A program made the position numbers and the translations under genes. From NCBI RefSeq assembly GCF_000315625.1, contig NW_005434630.1, positions 1-64,000 on the forward strand: 64,000 nucleotides of DNA. Direction: 5' to 3'. The notes under the pieces were generated by a model, which saw only the letters and a list, made by a program, of their open reading frames with translations, did not search any database and was not told where the DNA came from. The DNA is from Guillardia theta CCMP2712. Its lineage: Eukaryota; Protista; Cryptophyta. Positions 59,375 through 64,000 of this stretch are shown piece by piece. Each line of letters opens with the position of its first letter. The stretch's first letter is position 1.

Positions 59375-62300
59375 TCAGCACCTTAGAGGCTTTCTAACGT
59401 CACCTTTCACTTTCTTCTCAACCGTCTCTTCCGGCGGCTTTTCAGACACGTCCTGTATTCGAACAACCTGCCGATGTCTCACATCCTTGCAACCCATAGG
59501 AAGGGTTCGATACCGTTGCTTGCCGCCTCTCATACGCTTCGATACAAACCTTGGCCAGGGTTTTACATTTGTCGGGAGATCTCTCATACTCGGGAAGTGG
59601 AATCTAGATTCACATCACAAGGTACAGACACAATATGCACCTGCGATCAACACCTTGTAGTTTGTACATTTCGTGCAAAACACTTTTCCCGTGAGACGGC
59701 AGTGAATCATCTCAGGTTTCTGTGATTGCTTCTCGTGACATTTGAAGAGAAAGAATCTACTTGTCTCACCGAATTTCCTTGTCGGCGGTCAAACCTGACA
59801 TCGCAGAACCCGTCTCTTGGAGTCTCAGGATCATCGTTAAGGTCTGGGTCATGTAGATTGATCCGTCCGCAGCATTGCCTGCAAGCACGTCTCATCCTCT
59901 GTCACTTCCTGGTCTTACCGGACCTTGCGATCTCTGTCGGCTCCCCGTACCACCATCCCCGCACGAGAGTCATCGCATTCTTCCCCACGCCTGCATGCTC
60001 CTTCAGCTCGCCTTCTGACCATCTCTTCCGCTGCCTACCTTCAGTTCGCCAGCATGTTTCCCCCTGCGCTGTGACAGGGATCTGGTCGGACATGTAGCCC
60101 TTGTTCCTCCCGTGCTTGAGCGACTCGCCGACCAGCTTGGCATCGGAGACGTCGATGTTGGACTGCATGGCCGAGAGAACTCCTGTGTACTCCTGCTCGA
60201 CGTAATCGCGAATGACCTTCCAGTGCCACCTAGACAGTGCTGAGAATCCCTCGACCCCTTCCATGTCTATCACCGAAATCTGTTGGGATCCTGCTCGAAA
60301 GGATCCTTGGACATGATTGTCGGGGTGTTCCCGTCCTCCGCTGCATATATTCTCCGCGCTGCCTGATATTCTTTTGCAAATTCAAGACACCTTTCATGTC
60401 ACTCAGAGGTATGTCAAAGAGAAGAAAGCTCATCGCACTTGCTGCACACGGTTTTGCTGAAATGAGCATTCTCAATCTCTTGTTTCAGGTTCTGCAGATT
60501 CCTCTCAAACTTCTTCTGTTCAGCAAGTTCTTTCTCTATCCTCTTGAGGAGCTGCCCTGTCGCCTGTATGGACTCAGATGGAGGGGTTGGGAGGGGCAGG
60601 CGATACGGTCTCTTTGTCCGGCAACTCCTCGTCCTCTTCATCTGAATTGTTGTGTTTCTTCACTTTCTTCTCCTGGTCTGTCTTGTACATTCGTTTCCTG
60701 ATGTTTGTCAGTCTGTTTGCCACGTGCATCTGACAAAGCGTGTGAGCGATCTCCTGTCGCGAGAATGCGCGGCAACCTTTGCGCTGTGAAGCTGCCGCTG
60801 GAAGTCCAACTCCTTCAAGACATTCTGCAGTGCATTCTCTTCTTCCCTTACTAGTATATCGACAATGAAGTCTCTTCCAACCTGGGAAGAACTCAATATC
60901 TGAAAACGCTCAGGTGAAAGTTACAAACCTCAAAACCCCAGTCAGGGAATCTTGTCACTTCTCCGGCAAAAAGGGTACTCGAGACAAAAAGTTTCCCACA
61001 GACATGGCAAGGGGACGGCAGTCCTTTGGCTCCCCCAAAGATGGCAGACCTGTCGAATCTTGTTCCTGACATTTTGAATGTGATGGCCAGCAAATGTTTG
61101 CCTCACGCTCGTCTACCTGTTTCACTGCACTTTGACATATACGGGTTGTCAAATGCATCGATGAGATGTAACATGTGTTGAACCATCCAGTTCTCATCGT
61201 CCGTTACAGACATGTCGAGGATCAGAGTGATGCTCCCTCCTGCATCATACCTTCCAGCTATCAACTCCTGGGCTGCCATGTCAGGATTGACTTTCAGCGC
61301 CTTAAGCTGCGACTTATCCAGCCTTCCGTTGACTATGTGAGAAAGAGGAATGAAGCATTGCTTTCCAAAACATCTCCGGTCTGCGTTGAAAGTTGCCACA
61401 CAAGAAGAGCCAGGAGGAAAGTAAACATCTTCTTCTTCATCTTCTTCCAGCATCCGGTATACAGACTTGTCAAGTCGATTCACTTTAAAAATACCGAAAC
61501 GGAATGAATGCTTCCTTGTATCTCCGATTTCCGCCTGCAGCCAAAATTATAACGAGATGAAGAATCTCTAAAGTTCACTTGTTTGCGCGAAGAATGCAAG
61601 TAGATCGACAGGTATTCACTCTTGTCCTCGTCCAACCTGTATCCCTTAGGATACAGGTCCAGATACCATGAACCGTCGGTTTCGAACTCAGAAGAAGAGA
61701 TTTTTTGATTAGGCCAAATCTGCAAGCCGATCACTCAAGAAAGAACTGGTGTCAACAATACTTTTGAATGGATTCCTTCAAGATCTTTGATCATCCATCG
61801 GGTTCGTTGTCGTCCTTGCAAGGTGATCTCATAATCCGTTTCCGGAGGTTCGAGCTCAACCCCCGTGATAGCAAAGATCTCCACCTTGAAGATGAAGTGC
61901 TTCAGTTGAGGTTAGTAGTCAGCAAAAACGAGTACATGCATTGTAAAGGTTCCGTCTTGAATATCGGTCTCATATCCTGCAAAGAATGCATTAGAGATTG
62001 TTGTATCGAAGGTGTCTTGCCGGTCAAGAAGCAGCATCTGGGATTGAAGAATTTGTCAAGCTCTATGAAGCTTTCCCAACCCCAACTGCTCTCTTCTGAA
62101 GTGAACCTCTGAGAGAGAGACTTGACGACTGTTTCATCTTTGCATGTCATCAGTTCACACAAGATCTTCATGTATGGCAACGACCTTGAGCTGCCGTCTC
62201 TGACTGCCCCAGCTTACTTGAGGCTTGAGACTTTCCCAAAGACGCTTTTGAAGAAACCTCGCTCGCTGTTTCAATCGTATCAGATCAAATTCTAGAGCCT

Positions 62301-62819
62301 CGTAGTTCACCCTTGCTCCGAGATGAGGCTGAGCTTGACTTTGTGCTGGAGTGTTTCGATCGCACGCTCTGAGACGAACCAGATTCACTGGTCGATGAAG
62401 ACCGCACTTCTCCTTTCGTTGACTTCCTCTTTCGATCTCCGTAGTCTGGAGCATATGACACCTGAATAGAAGCAAACATCGGGGATGGAGAGAAGAACTG
62501 TCTGCTTGTGATACCTTGATAGTTGCAAAGGCTGCGGTGTCTCTACGTGATGGATCGGGGAGTCTGTTCACATACAGACTAGCATATTCCATGTCGACAC
62601 AACCTTGATCGCTTGTTATTGCATGATGTCGAAACAATCACGACAACCTTTTGGAAAGAATACAAGTTGCCATTCGTCGAAACCACACTGCACGGGAGGA
62701 AACATTCTGACGTCATCACCGAAACTTACATTTCTGAACCTTCCGACTTGCCAGGTGAAGGTGGTGAGATCGCCGACCTTCTTGAGGTCCTTCACTCGGT
62801 TCACGCTTCCTCCGAACAT
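59375..62819 (-). CDS. Tandem MATH/TRAF-domain protein with Cys-containing and coiled-coil C-terminal region (multi-exon; 3' end approximate)
   Basis: FTWQVGRF...EWQLVFFPKG, YASLYV, SWGWESFIEL (MATH 1); WYLDLYPKG...YLSIYL...CFGKQCFIPL (MATH 2); CHVC motif. Confidence 0.8.
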
Positions 62820-62999
62820 CTCAGCTCCATTCCCACGCCATGCCCATCAGTATCCACTAATAGTAACACCAACCCTGCACCACCCCTACCCCTTATTCAT
62901 ACTGCTTTCACCCTGGCATGTACCCCCCGTGTCTCCTGTTCATCGTGAGCGCGGGTGAGGGAGCATGGGGTGAAGGCAGTTCCAAGGATCCTGTGTGGA

Positions 63000-64000
63000 A
63001 GCTCGCAGACCAGGAGAGCAGCTGAGCATATAGAGAGATATGCCTATGAAGAGAGCGTGCTTCAATCTCCTAGTAGGCGCTGTGTGAGTAAATTCTCACT
63101 CTACCTTGTCAACGCTGCTCGCCAAAATGATGATACACTTTACTTCACTACACCAAAAGTGATCGAACTGAATTGGAATTTATGGAATTCCTCTCTCATC
63201 TACTGGAAGTTCAAAACCATGAAGGCTCTCCGCTTCATTGTAGCATGCACTCTCAGAGAAAACTCTGAGGTCCTTGCATCAAGCTCTGCACCTTGTGAGT
63301 TTTCTTTATCGCACAACGCTGCAATCAAAGTATGTCACTAAATTGTTAAAAACACATCCAACAACTTATTAAGTTCTCATTCACTCACCAGATAGAGCGA
63401 AAGCCTCTTCGATCATCTCTTTGACGATGATTTGACAGATGCGTAAAACAGTCTTGTTCTGTCCCACACCTCTTTCACTCCTTGGAGATTTTGACAAGCT
63501 TGTGCAAGTTTGATTTACCCCGCTTGTATCTCTCAGGTAGAGGGAATATGGATCATTATACCACTCTGAATCATCAACAACCGTCGGGCTGATAAAGGTT
63601 GAACTTGAATGTTCTTGATGGTGATCAGACAATGAAAGCTCAGACGCAACCAGAGGTGGAGCATGTCGACTCGAGTTCATTGTCTTGCAATGATATCAGG
63701 ACACTGGCATCGTGAGCTTATAATTGTTTCCGACTTCAATCATTTTTTGTATTTTTTTCTAGAACTTTGACCTCTACTTCCATAGATTTTGACCGGAGCC
63801 TAGCAACGAATCATCCTCGTTGCCGTCAATTGCAGAAGCAATTTATCATTTTCGCTTTCAAGCTGCTTCACTCTTCGGAGCAGATTTCCCTCCGCATTCG
63901 GCTGAAAAGTTCGATCAAAGCTGTTCGCACAAACAAACAACACTCACCACCGCATGTAAGCTGGAGCGCAGCCCATTGACAATATCTTCGAAAATTGGAA
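63000..64000 (-). CDS. 3' part of a hypothetical multi-exon gene running off the window
   Basis: ORF 63381..63680(-) ends at a GT donor, with adjacent exon-like segments. No family recognised. Confidence 0.3.

Overview
This is eukaryotic nuclear DNA from a chromosome end, not a prokaryotic window. Plant-type (TTTAGGG)n telomere repeats, dense genes with many short (~40-55 nt) GT-AG introns and bipartite-looking N-terminal leaders fit a secondary-plastid alga; a cryptophyte such as Guillardia is an inference only. The first ~8.1 kb is a head-to-tail array of four co-oriented retroelement segments on the minus (G-rich) strand. Each segment is bounded by a short CCCTAAA tract (994-1024, 3611-3632, 6121-6131, 8092-8117). 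The array holds three decayed copies of an unrecognised ORF1-like gene and a fragment of a restriction-like endonuclease (RLE) domain. It also holds a 5'-truncated long-ORF fragment and one 3' end with AATAAA plus a (CTA)8 tail running straight into telomere repeats. This looks like a telomere-repeat-targeting non-LTR retrotransposon family with an RT-less, ORF1-only member. The array sits on an 18S-3'-end/ITS1 fragment with a 4-nt insertion. Proximal to it are subtelomeric repeats, a second RLE-LINE remnant with a candidate target-site duplication, and ordinary intron-rich genes: SAM-TM protein, Sfi1-like protein, ELP3, GMF, DOT1-like methyltransferase, giant kelch/Cys-rich membrane protein, RING-H2 ligase, NEK kinase, polymerase-less REV1-like protein, RBM39, ABCC transporter and a MATH-domain protein. 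Multi-exon gene boundaries are approximate, and three N-gaps (231-554, 3955-4054, 6459-6558) fall inside the array.
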